Shown: positions 1 through 11,163 of the stretch, piece after piece | Numbering within the stretch: the stretch's first letter is position 1 | Layout of the letters: every line of letters begins with the position of its first letter | Assembly (NCBI RefSeq): GCF_001194135.2 | Contig: NC_068985.1 | Span: forward strand, 124,234,926-124,272,239 | Length of the DNA: 37,314 bases | DNA from: Octopus bimaculoides | Taxonomy: Eukaryota | Direction: 5' to 3' | Notes under the pieces: model-generated | Databases searched by the model: none | The model's input: the letters and a program-made list of their open reading frames with translations, nothing else | Told to the model about the DNA's origin: nothing | Made by a program: the position numbers and the translations under genes

Positions 1-499
1 TATATATATGAAGGTATTACGTATATGTGCAGCTGTGTGTATACGTGTGCATACGGTACAAACTCCCTTGTCAGATTTCACAGGACTAACAGGAGAGACG
101 AGAGGAAACAGGTTGGTTTAGGGTAGCATTATCGTAGGAAATCCAACAGACTGTCCGGCAGGTTGCCAAGAATTAACTGGAAAACGGCCCAGGGCCTACA
201 CTCCGTCACCACCTCCAGCAACCTACCTTTTGGCCTTTCAAATGTAACAAAAAAGTAACGAAAAAAAATGGAGGAACAGATAAGAAAAAAGTAAAAGAAA
301 AAGACTGAAATGAAAACAGCTGGTGGCGTGGAAAACACCTTGTGAATAGATGAGTCTAGAAAAAAGTGGAATAGACCGGAATAAACTAGTGCAGAATAGA
401 ATGGGATAGAATAGAATAGAATGGAAGAATGGTGAGAAGAGAAGGAGAGTAGGGAATGATAATGGTAATGGGTGGTAATGGAGAAAAGGGGGGGGGCGA

Positions 500-1590
500 C
501 GGAGAATAACATGATTTAGACAGCAACAACTGCAGAACTGTAGCAATAACAAGAGGAACAACAGATGCACTTAGAATAACAACAGCAGTAATAGTAACAA
601 AAGTAATAACAACAGTAATAACAACAGTAATAACAACGGTAATAATAACAATAATAACAGCCACAGTGATAATAACAATAATGATAACAAAAGCATCAGC
701 AATAACAGTAATAACAACAACAGTAATAACACCAGCCACAATAACAGCAGTAATAGTAACAACAGTAATAACAACAGTAATAACAATAATAGCAACAACA
801 ATAATAACAATAATAGTAATAACAACAGCAGCAACAAAACGGTGATAACAGCACTAGTTATTACAAGAGCAACAACAACAATAATAACAACAGTAATAAC
901 TATAACAACAACTGTAGGAAAAACAGCTGCTAATAACNNNNNNNNNNNNNNNNNNNNNNNNNNNNNNNNNNNNNNNNNNNNNNNNNNNNNNNNNNNNNNN
1001 NNNNNNNNNNNNNNNNNNNNNNNNNNNNNNNNNNNNNNNNNNNNNNNNNNNNNNNNNNNNNNNNNNNNNNNNNNNNNNNNNNNNNNNNNNNNNNNNNNNN
1101 NNNNNNNNNNNNNNNNNNNNNNNNNNNNNNNNNNNNNNNNNNNNNNNNNNNNNNNNNNNNNNNNNNNNNNNNNNNNNNNNNNNNNNNNNNNNNNNNNNNN
1201 NNNNNNNNNNNNNNNNNNNNNNNNNNNNNNNNNNNNNNNNNNNNNNNNNNNNNNNNNNNNNNNNNNNNNNNNNNNNNNNNNNNNNNNNNNNNNNNNNNNN
1301 NNNNNNNNNNNNNNNNNNNNNNNNNNNNNNNNNNNNNNNNNNNNNNNNNNNNNNNNNNNNNNNNNNNNNNNNNNNNNNNNNNNNNNNNNNNNNNNNNNNN
1401 NNNNNNNNNNNNNNNNNNNNNNNNNNNNNNNNNNNNNNNNATGTAAGAACAGAAATAGCAACTAAAGTAACAAGAAACAGCAGAAGCGGTTCCAGCAGCA
1501 GTAGCAGCAGCAGCAACAGTTGCAGTAGTAGCAGCATTTGGTGCAGTCATAACTGCAACCACACCTATTTCAATACAAGTTTTAACAAGA
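500..1590. repeat. Degenerate trinucleotide low-complexity tract (AAC/AAT/AGC units) interrupted by the N-gap at 938-1440
   Basis: Runs of aac/aat/agt/agc triplets. Overlapping ORFs translate to poly-I/T/V/L and are artefacts. Confidence 0.9.
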
Positions 1591-1593
1591 GTG

Positions 1594-1706
1594 ACTACTA
1601 CTACCACTACTACTACTACTACAACTACTACTACAACTACTACTACTGCCACCACTACCACTATCACTACTACTAACACTACAACTACTACTATCACCAC
1701 TCCCAC

Positions 1707-1763
<57 letters not shown>
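1594..1763. repeat. Compound microsatellite: degenerate (ACT)n followed by near-perfect (AGT)n
   Basis: Read directly. The junction is ACTAGT at 1705-1710. Confidence 0.95.
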
Positions 1764-1765
<2 letters not shown>

Positions 1766-1874
1766 ATGCTGCTGATGATAATGATAATTGTTTCTGGTTT
1801 AGAGACACGCCAGTAGGATTGAAGAAAAAGTATTAGTTGATACCATTGGTCACACTACAATTTTTTTTTTTTTT

Positions 1875-2003
1875 GTGACCCCGAAAAGATAAAAGCCAAA
1901 GATGACCTCGGCAAGATTTGAACTCAGAACATAAAGAACCGTAACAAGATACTGCAAGGCATTTTATTCGTCGCTCTAACCGTTCTACTAATCCACACCT
2001 AAT
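1875..2003 (-). mobile_element. Degenerate tRNA-derived SINE head (family A)
   Basis: Minus strand reads TGGATTAGTAGAACGGTTAGAGC...GTTCTGAGTTCAAATCTTGCCGAGGTC...CTTTTCGGGGTC, with A-box-like and B-box (GTTCAAAT) motifs. It resembles an abundant octopus SINE as I recall it. Confidence 0.65.
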
Positions 2004-2410
2004 TTTTTTTTTTTTTTTTTTTTTTTTTTTNNNNNNNNNNNNNNNNNNNNNNNNNNNNNNNNNNNNNNNNNNNNNNNNNNNNNNNNNNNNNNNNNNNNNN
2101 NNNNNNNNNNNNNNNNNNNNNNNNNNNNNNNNNNNNNNNNNNNNNNNNNNNNNNNNNNNNNNNNNNNNNNNNNNNNNNNNNNNNNNNNNNNNNNNNNNNN
2201 NNNNNNNNNNNNNNNNNNNNNNNNNNNNNNNNNNNNNNNNNNNNNNNNNNNNNNNNNNNNNNNNNNNNNNNNNNNNNNNNNNNNNNNNNNNNNNNNNNNN
2301 NNNNNNNNNNNNNNNNNNNNNNNNNNNNNNNNNNNNNNNNNNNNNNTTAGGTGTACGGAAAACACTCGGCGAGAAATGGGAAAAAATTTGAAGAAAGAAG
2401 AAAAAAAAAC

Positions 2411-2450
<40 letters not shown>

Positions 2451-2699
2451 TAATAATACTTTCTTTATTGACCACAAGGGCCCACACAAAAAGCGAAAGG
2501 ACATTATACAAAACGAACAAGGGACGGTGGGGTTTAGATGATGGTGTGTAAATAGTAAATAGGCAAAAACAATCAGCAATAGAATTCAAACAATTAAATT
2601 CTCCAGCACGGGGAGAAATCGGAACAGGGGCGTCCAAGGACATCCCTCACACCATGGATATCCCGATCACACAGGGCGCCTCAAGCAAGTACCCATCTT

Positions 2700-2905
2700 C
2701 TCTTTACCTTCTCCAGCCTCCAAGCGCATACTTGCTGTAGGCCCATTCACACGCGCCATCCTCGCCATCCTCGCCACCTTTCAAGGAACGCACTGGGCTG
2801 CAGCACCCCCATCTCCACCCTTACCTTCTTTCCAGGTGGAACCTGGAAAAGTTAATGAGTCCTTGATCAGATAGGAAAGTGCCTGCCTTCAACCCTTTCA
2901 GACAT
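2700..2905 (-). mobile_element. Probable 3' fragment of an L1/Tx1-like LINE ORF2 (frameshifted)
   Basis: Minus-strand translation across one frameshift gives CLKGLKAGTFLSDQGLINFSRFHLER/KVRVEMGVLQPSAFLERW. This is a GC-rich island resembling Tx1-type ORF2 C-termini from memory. No catalytic motif is present. Confidence 0.4.
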
Positions 2906-3249
2906 AATTTTTTAGGGTTCTACTATTTGTAAGTATACGTGACTATTCTGCGTATATAATTTACAGCTACATGCCTTACAAAATAAACAGGCCACAAAAT
3001 TCAAGTGGAATAACACTGATCTAAACCTAACGAAAATGACTCTGATCTAAACCTCACTTTACTTCCCAAGAAAAATAGATAATTTAAGAAGACGCATCTT
3101 CAAAACCTAATGATGCCAGACATAGAAACAGAACACATTAGGAAAGATTACATAACAAGCAACGAAAAATAAAAATCAAACGACAAAATTGCCAACAATA
3201 AGAATACAGGCATTAAATCTAATGACATTGAAAACGCAAATCACAATAT

Positions 3250-3405
3250 CTATATCATATTATATTACATCATATTATATTATATTAAATTACATTATAT
3301 TATATCATATTATATTAAATTACATTATATTATATGATATTATATGATATATTATATCATATCATATTATTATTATATTATACATCATATCATATTACAT
3401 AGATA
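3250..3405. repeat. Degenerate (ATATT/ATCAT)n pentanucleotide repeat
   Basis: Read directly. Confidence 0.9.
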
Positions 3406-4838
3406 TGCACCAAAATTAAAGTTTAACGTACCAACACAATACTGACAAGCAATAGCTGAAGGAAAACAACAACACAGACGAAAATATGAAAAAAAGGGAA
3501 TATGAGAAAGATCAAAGAACTAAGATGTTTAAAGACGGAAGTTATGAAAATAGCAACATTGTAAAGGTGAATAGTCGACAGATCTCATAAGGCGTATAAC
3601 ACGCATCTTGCTTTTGTGGCCTAAGTTGTTTTCAAGATGTATAACATCATGTTTGATATTCCAGTTTTGCTTCAAGAGTAAACAATCTATTATAATCCAA
3701 TATATTAGTTTTTAATACATCATGCAACAGATATATATATATATAAAAAAATCTAAAAGAAATTTATTACATAATTGTGTTGTTTTTGTTTCCTTTTTCT
3801 CAATAAACGTGGACGGCGAAATCTTTTCAACTGAATACCTTATATTACACTCACCCTTAATATTAATCTTGATTTTGGTGAATAAAAACATGTATAGCAC
3901 AGAATTTAATGTTATGAAACAAGGAATCGTCACAGACAATAATGCACAAAGCAGTATACACAGCAAATCGACGTTCAGAGAAGGCGATATTAAGTCAAGA
4001 ATTAACCTGTACGCAACAGAAAAGGATAAAATCCCGAATTTCTACTTGAAGTATTTAGAAGGCATGTAGAAAGTGTTTCCAAAGATTATTAAATTACTTG
4101 TCAAAACGACCTGAATTCAGTGTTACAGTTACAGTCAATATTTGAAAATGATGAGGATAGTATCACATTGGAGTTGAACAATTCTGTGTCCACTGAACAC
4201 GGAAAAAAAATAACAAGACATAGTTAACATAGTTGAAACCAAAGAAAGCAGAAGTGCCACTTAAGCGCAGTTTCAACTCACGCATTGATTAAAATATATT
4301 CAGAAGGTATAAGAAAAATCGGAAGTACATGTTAGATCCAGGTTTAAAGAAGGTTTAAGAATGCAGCACATTACTAACTGATAGGGAGACTTCATAGTGA
4401 GAATAGAGTCAAATTTATTATAGAATTTGTCTTGACAGAAATTTGAGAATAAATATTTCGAAATAGAAATAAATATCACGTTGATATAGAAACTTAGCAT
4501 GTTGCGAATAATTGTAGCTGTTCTCGGGTTGTCAAAATAACGGCAATGAAAAAGTAATGTGTGTTTGTGTGTGTATGTGTATGTGCATGTATATATATGT
4601 GTGTGTGGTGTCAGCGTGTAAAAATGTACAGAAGTCTATGCACAGGAACGTGAAACTCCGAGTAACAGCTTATTGTGATATTTTTGTAATGTTTTTGCAG
4701 CTTTTTATTATCAATAATAATAAAGCATATTACTTTACCCTGGTATTCGATTACTACATTTCCCACCTTGTTTCACATTTATGTGCTTACTTTGGTATGC
4801 ATGCATGTATGTATGTATTTTTATCTAAATGTGCGTAC

Positions 4839-4875
<37 letters not shown>

Positions 4876-5374
4876 TNNNNNNNNNNTATATAATGTGTGT
4901 ATATTATCAGATGCCGCTCATGCAGCAACGTGACAAATAATGATTAATGACGTTCGAGTTAGGAGAGAAGCCATATTTCCAAAGTATTTCTTGTCAAGTA
5001 TAACAAACTATCACTTCACAATAACTGCTTAACGTCCATATGGAACAATATGGCAAAATAGAAGCTACACACAAGAATTAATTAACGAGTTGTTTCTAAC
5101 CTCGTCTCAAAAGTGCAAAAGCATTAAGTGATTTTTTTTTTCTTTTTTGGTTTTTGTTTTTGTTTTTCTGTGACCAAACAATAAATACCTTTACAATATG
5201 GATAAAGAAAATATTTTCATCAGTTCCGAAGTTTAGGAATCATTGTTTACCAAGTTGCAGGAGATGCACCTGCGCATAGATACACATATAAATACATGCG
5301 AAATATACCATATATACATACGTATATTCTTATAAATACACATATATATACGTATATACATCCGTATATATGTG

Positions 5375-5423
<49 letters not shown>

Positions 5424-5732
5424 NNNNNNNNNNNNNNNNNNNNNNNNNNNNNNNNNNNNNNNNNNNNNNNNNNNNNNNNNNNNNNNNNNNNNNNNNNNNN
5501 NNNNNNNNNNNNNNNNNNNNNNNNNNNNNNNNNNNNNNNNNNNNNNNNNNNNNNNNNNNNNNNNNNNNNNNNNNNNNNNNNNNNNNNNNNNNNNNNNNNN
5601 NNNNNNNNNNNNNNNNNNNNNNNNNNNNNNNNNNNNNNNNNNNNNNNNNNNNNNNNNNNNNNNNNNNNNNNNNNNNNNNCACATGGTCAAAATTAACGTG
5701 AGTTATTTAGACATTAACAAATTTATTAGAAT

Positions 5733-5794
5733 ATTTAGCTGAAGATCAGAATAGAGTATTCTTTACTCTTAACTGTGAAACGATCGTACTAAAT
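5733..5794 (+). ncRNA. Candidate type I hammerhead ribozyme
   Basis: Stem I is ATTTAG (5733-5738) paired with CTAAAT (5789-5794). The core is CTGAAGA (5739-5745) and GAAA (5777-5780). Stem II (5746-5776) has CAG/CTG and AGAGT/ACTCT pairings. Stem III is the palindrome ACGATCGT (5780-5787). The cleavage triplet is GUA, cutting after 5788. One deviation: the first stem II pair is U-U rather than purine-pyrimidine. Confidence 0.7.
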
Positions 5795-5976
5795 TAACTA
5801 AAGGCAAGTGGTTTTTTTACTCTTCTCTACTGTTTTTTGTTCTGTGTGTATCGGAAATATCGCTATCAATCTGGAGTAATAATTTGTAGTTTTGAAATCA
5901 GTAGTTCTTTGACTGCTATTTCTGAATTCTCAATATGTTGGAGAAGCAGGTTACTGTCAATCCCTATATATTTATG

Positions 5977-6012
<36 letters not shown>

Positions 6013-6260
6013 CATATGTAAATATATACACACACATATATATGCGTGTGAGTGTGTGTGAGTATGCATGTATGTATGTACGTATTTATCTATATATGTA
6101 TGTATGCCTGTGTGAATACTTGAGTGTGTGCGCATGAATAGTTGAACAGTTGAATTTAAAAAGTAAGCAAAAAGAAAAGAGAGAAATCAATACTATAGAT
6201 AGAATATCAAAACTATATTTGTAAAGATTTCAAGATATATATATTTGCTGTTTAATGTAC

Positions 6261-6304
<44 letters not shown>

Positions 6305-6800
6305 ATTTCGGGACGATCATTTTTGTTGGGNNNNNNNNNNNNNNNNNNNNNNNNNNNNNNNNNNNNNNNNNNNNNNNNNNNNNNNNNNNNNNNNNNNNNN
6401 NNNNNNNNNNNNNNNNNNNNNNNNNNNNNNNNNNNNNNNNNNNNNNNNNNNNNNNNNNNNNNNNNNNNNNNNNNNNNNNNNNNNNNNNNNNNNNNNNNNN
6501 NNNNNNNNNNNNNNNNNNNNNNNNNNNNNNNNNNNNNNNNNNNNNNNNNNNNNNNNNNNNNNNNNNNNNNNNNNNNNNNNNNNNNNNNNNNNNNNNNNNN
6601 NNNNNNNNNNNNNNNNNNNNNNNNNNNNNNNNNNNNNNNNNNNNNNNNNNNNNNNNNNNNNNNNNNNNNNNNNNNNNNNNNNNNNNNNNNNNNNNNNNNN
6701 NNNNNNNNNNNNNNNNNNNNNNNNNNNNNNNNNNNNNNNNNNNNNNNNNNNNNNNNNNNNNNNNNNNNNNNNNNNNNNNNTACATGCAAAGTATTAAAAG

Positions 6801-7316
6801 ACGCTCAGGTATTCTATCGGTGTCTTACGCCGAACCGCTAAGTTACGGGGACGTAAACTCACCAACATTGGTTGTCAAGCGATGATGACGGGACAAACAC
6901 AGACACATAAATATTGGGTTGTCTGGAAAGTTCGTGCCGATTCTTAAAGGAAAGTAAAAAGTCAATAAATACTTGCCATTACATTTTTAATCAACCAAAT
7001 ATGAACGATGTTGTTGCACAATGCATCTTCATATTTCCTTTAACTTGAAAATACCCTCTTCCCAGAATTGAGGTGGTTTCAAGGCAAATAAGTCGAAAGG
7101 TAAGCTACTATAAATCGGCACGAACTTTCCGGACAACCTAATACATACATACATATAAACGACGAGCTGCTTTCAGCTTCTGTCTACCAAATCCGCTCGC
7201 CAGGCTTTGGATGGCTGGAGGCTATAGTAGAATATACTCGCCCAATGTGCCACGCAGTGGGACTGAACCCGGAACCATGTGGTTGATAAGCAAGCTTCTT
7301 ACCACACAGCCCCACC
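6801..7316 (-). mobile_element. tRNA-derived SINE (family B), interrupted by a MITE in its internal microsatellite
   Basis: Minus-strand head GCTGTGTGGTAAGAAGC...GGTTCCGGGTTCAGTCCC carries A/B boxes. The body (CTACTATAG...GGATTTGGTAG...GTAACTTAGCGGTTCGGC) matches the + strand copy at 18117-18441. Confidence 0.85.
6914..7141. mobile_element. Mariner-type MITE (228 bp) with ~29-bp TIRs and TA target-site duplication
   Basis: Left TIR TTGGGTTGTCTGGAAAGTTCGTGCCGATT. Right TIR reverse complement TTAGGTTGTCCGGAAAGTTCGTGCCGATT (2 mismatches). Flanked by TA at 6912-6913 and 7142-7143. No ORF. Confidence 0.9.
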
Positions 7317-8011
7317 TGTGTCTATGATTCACCAACTTGCGCAGGTCCCCCCCCCCGTACGAGGGTAACCAAAATTACCAAAACCGTCTCCCTGGCTGCC
7401 GTCAAGCCAGGGCTGAAGATGTCGGTGGGTTATCCCGAGTTGCGCGAAATCCCACTCCGAGGAGTAGCTAAGCCAAAACGATACATCTGTTAGCCAAAAC
7501 GATCGTCGTGCTACATAAGGCTTACAGTACACTCTGTCTCCCCTATCAATTATTTAAAACAAACTAAACGCGCACCGAGCAATCCCTTACGTAGATCCTG
7601 TGACTTAAACACAGTACCACGGATGACGCCTGGTAGTCGTATGTGGTGAACACGCTCTCAAGCCATATTACTAGGGATATGCCCAAAACAACGTGTGGAT
7701 GCTACATTTGAAAGTCTCCTATCTAAACTATAATTTCAAACATAACCTATATATATATATATCCACACACACACACGCGCGCGCATACACACACCCACAG
7801 ACACATACACACACTCACACATACACAGACACATATATATTTATATATACCAACGGTTTAGCAGAAAGAGCCCAATGAAGCGAAAGGCTAGACGAAAACA
7901 CCAAACGGACAGGAAATTTAGGTAAAAACACGATACACGGAATATTCGCAGCTGATTTCCTCATCAGCCAATGACCCAAGATATCATAGTGGTTTCATGC
8001 CACATATAATA

Positions 8012-9283
8012 CAGGGGTTGGACAAAATAATGGAAACACCTAGCAACATAGCATCATAATTTTGAAATATCTAGAAAACCGTCAAAAGCTTGTTTATTTT
8101 TATGTTTTGGGATTTATTATTAGTGTTGCTTAATATGTTTGGCTAAAGTTGCTGTTTCTTTTCAGATATCATCAGAAAAAGGTAATTAAAATTCATTGTA
8201 ATGACAGATCTATCGGACTTTCAAAGAGGTCAAATTATCGGCGCTCATATGGCACGCGCTAGCGTAACGAAAACAGTTGAAATGTTTAGTCAATCAAGAA
8301 GTAGTGTCACGAAAGTAATGAAAGCTTTTGAAAAAGAAAGAAAAACCTCGTCGCTGAAACAAAACTCCGGACGAAAACCAAAACTTTCAGATAGGTACCG
8401 TCGAACTCTTACGCGTTACCAGAAAGGATCACAAAAGTACAGCTCCCAAAATTACTGCAGAGCTTAATGATCACCTCGGGAACCCAGTTTCCACAAAAAC
8501 TGTTTCCCGGGAGCTGCACAAAGCCGGATTTCACAGGAGGGCTGCGATCAGAAATCACTACATTCAAGAACAAACGTTTCAAAGCGTTTAGAGTGGAGTA
8601 AAAACCTACAGAATTAGTCCCTAAAGCAGTTGAAGAATGTTATTTTCTCAGACGAGTGATCCTTTACCGTATTTCCGACCACCGGCCGAGTATACGTGTG
8701 GAGACAGCCAAAAGAAGCATCTGACCCAGACTGCCTTCTTCCAACTGATAAACATAGAGGAGGATCTGTGATGATCTGCGGGGTGTTATATCTTGGAAAT
8801 CCGCCCACCCAATGGTTTCCCTTCATGGCAGAATTAACAGTCAAGACTATTTAAGCATTTTATCTGATCAAATTCATCCTGTGGTTGCGCAGCTGTTTCC
8901 GGAAGGAAACACAATCTTTCAGGATGATAATGCACCAATTCACACAGCTAAAGTTGTTACTGAATGGCACGAGGAACATTGTAGTGAAGTTGAACATCTT
9001 ACCTGGCCACCACAGTCCCCAGATCTCATTATGATTGAATATGTATGGTGCATTTTGGAAAAACAAGTAAGGTGTCGATATCCTCCACCATCATCACAAG
9101 AAGAACTGGAGACTGTTTTAGCTGAAGAACGGACAAATATTTCTTTGGAAGCAATTCAAACTTTGTACGAGTCCATGCCTCGTAGAATTCAAGCTGTAAT
9201 TACTGCCAAAGGCGGTTCTACCCCATATTAAAATAAATTCGTTTGAAATTGTAAGGTGTTTCTATTGTTTTGTCCAGCCCCTG
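8012..9283 (+). mobile_element. Near full-length Tc1-like DNA transposon (1272 bp, ~30-bp TIRs)
   Basis: Left TIR CAGGGGTTGGACAAAATAATGGAAACACCT, preceded by TA at 8010-8011. Right TIR reverse complement CAGGGGCTGGACAAAACAATAGAAACACCT. It encloses a decayed transposase. The right TA is mutated to AA. Confidence 0.95.
8201..9231 (+). pseudogene. Tc1-family transposase pseudogene with DD36E catalytic spacing
   Basis: N-terminal HTH region MTDLSDFQRGQIIGA...NSGRKPKL. First catalytic D in VIFSDE (8651-8653). Then FQDDNAPIHT (D at 8926-8928) and WPPQSPDLIMIE (E at 9037-9039). C-terminus KGGSTPY*. Several frameshifts and stops. Confidence 0.93.
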
Positions 9284-9329
9284 AACTCTCCCGCCGAAGA
9301 CGACGTATGAGTGTTCAGCTTTTTGCCGA

Positions 9330-9550
9330 ACGACCTGCTCAAATGATTTGTTCATAGTGATCAAATGTATGGTTTGTACATTAGCTCACTCTCACCATCA
9401 AATTGATGTTGCCTGGTCAGGGACACGGTGTACCACGCATCAAGTGTCGAAGTGATTGCAGAGCAACGTCAGATGAAGTGTTTTGCTCAATAACACCTGG
9501 TCTAGAAATAGAAACCATGATCACGCGATCGTGAGTGCATCACCCTAGTA
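9330..9550 (-). mobile_element. Degenerate tRNA-derived SINE (family C, CORE-like box)
   Basis: Shares TGAAGTGTTTTGCTCAA...GAAACCA(C/T)G with the copy at 31826-31970. Confidence 0.55.
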
Positions 9551-10044
9551 TGTAAACCTAATAAGGTGGTGAACTGAAAGTTAAGGATCTGTAACTAAAT
9601 ACCGCATATTTTTTACGTTTTTTTGGTGGGGGGCAGTTCCAACCATATCTGGCAGTAACACGGCCATATCGACGATATTGTAAGGCGAAGGAAGAGAAGA
9701 TAAAATAACAGCTCTAAGATTCTGCAGTCGATTCAACTGTCAGTGTATTTTCTTTAGAAGCATTGTTTTGGTGCCAATATATCTCTGTGCGTTGCGTATA
9801 CACATGTGTCTGAGAATGCGTGTAAAATATGATTCCAGAAGAAAATAGAAGAATACACTGTCCGTCTGAAGCAAAGCAAGTAAACAAAACCACTAAATAC
9901 GAGGTGAATAGACTGATCACATTTTTACCACAAGAAAGACAAAATATAAAAATATTTCTCGAATTCAAGAATTTTATGAAATCAGAGAAGACGATAGACA
10001 CATCAGTCGGCCACTACGAACTGAAGCTTTGTTTGCCATTGTTA

Positions 10045-10075
<31 letters not shown>

Positions 10076-10317
10076 GCTTCTTTTCTGCAACAATCGTCTG
10101 CAATTATCTCTGACTTATATTTGATTGCTAATTAACTGAACATAATTCCATACAGTATCATACGGTCTGAGTTAATGTCTATTTGGTCGTCTGTTCCAGT
10201 GATATATTAAATGTACTTGTTGCTGTTGTCCGAGATTTCATTCATTGCGTTTGTTTTCTTTCTTTTCTCGACTAAAAATGGCCAGGAATTAATTCTTTAG
10301 GATTTCTGTTAAATACG

Positions 10318-10368
10318 TTTCTCTCTTTCTCTCTCTCACTTTCTCTCTCTCTCTCTTTCTCTCTCTCA

Positions 10369-10431
<63 letters not shown>

Positions 10432-10547
10432 NNNNNNNNNNNNNNNNNNNNNNNNNNNNNNNNNNNNNNNNNNNNNNNNNNNNNNNNNNNNNNNNNNNNN
10501 NNNNNNNNNNNNNNNNNNNNNNNNNNNNNNNNNNNNNNNNNNNNNNN

Positions 10548-10612
<65 letters not shown>

Positions 10613-11075
10613 CTTCCCTTTCTTCTCCTCCCGCTTTCTCTCTGTCTTATATTTTCTCTCACACTTCATTTCATTCTACTCTCATTAGCCGTTTCTATTT
10701 TCTTTTTTTCTTGTTTCAATCTAAAAACTAGACAGACAAATTAATCCGATAGTATCCCCATTGAATATTCCTTTTCCACCTACAATCGCCATTCACAATC
10801 ATTCCAACACACACACATACACACACGCACACACACACACACACACACACANNNNNNNNNNNNNNNNNNNNNNNNNNNNNNNNNNNNNNNNNNNNNNNNN
10901 NNNNNNNNNNNNNNNNNNNNNNNNNNNNNNNNNNNNNNNNNNNNNNNNNNNNNNNNNNNNNNNNNNNNNNNNNNNNNNNNNNNNNNNNNNNNNNNNNNNN
11001 NNNNNNNNNNNNNNNNNNNNNNNNNNNNNNNNNNNNNNNNTATATATATATATATATATATATATGCATGTATAA

Positions 11076-11107
<32 letters not shown>

Positions 11108-11127
11108 ATATATATATATATGTATAA

Positions 11128-11160
<33 letters not shown>
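10318..11160. repeat. Cluster of (CT)n, (CA)n, (TA)n and (TG)n microsatellites containing two assembly gaps (10432-10547, 10852-11040)
   Basis: Read directly. Confidence 0.95.

Positions 11161-11163
<3 letters not shown>

Noticed and set aside
5866-5963. Possible minus-strand terminal exon (G)IDSNLLLQHIENSEIAVKELLISKLQIITPD*
   Set aside because: The acceptor has no pyrimidine tract (it abuts a TA repeat) and its phase does not join the upstream candidates. It could equally be part of the element carrying the hammerhead.
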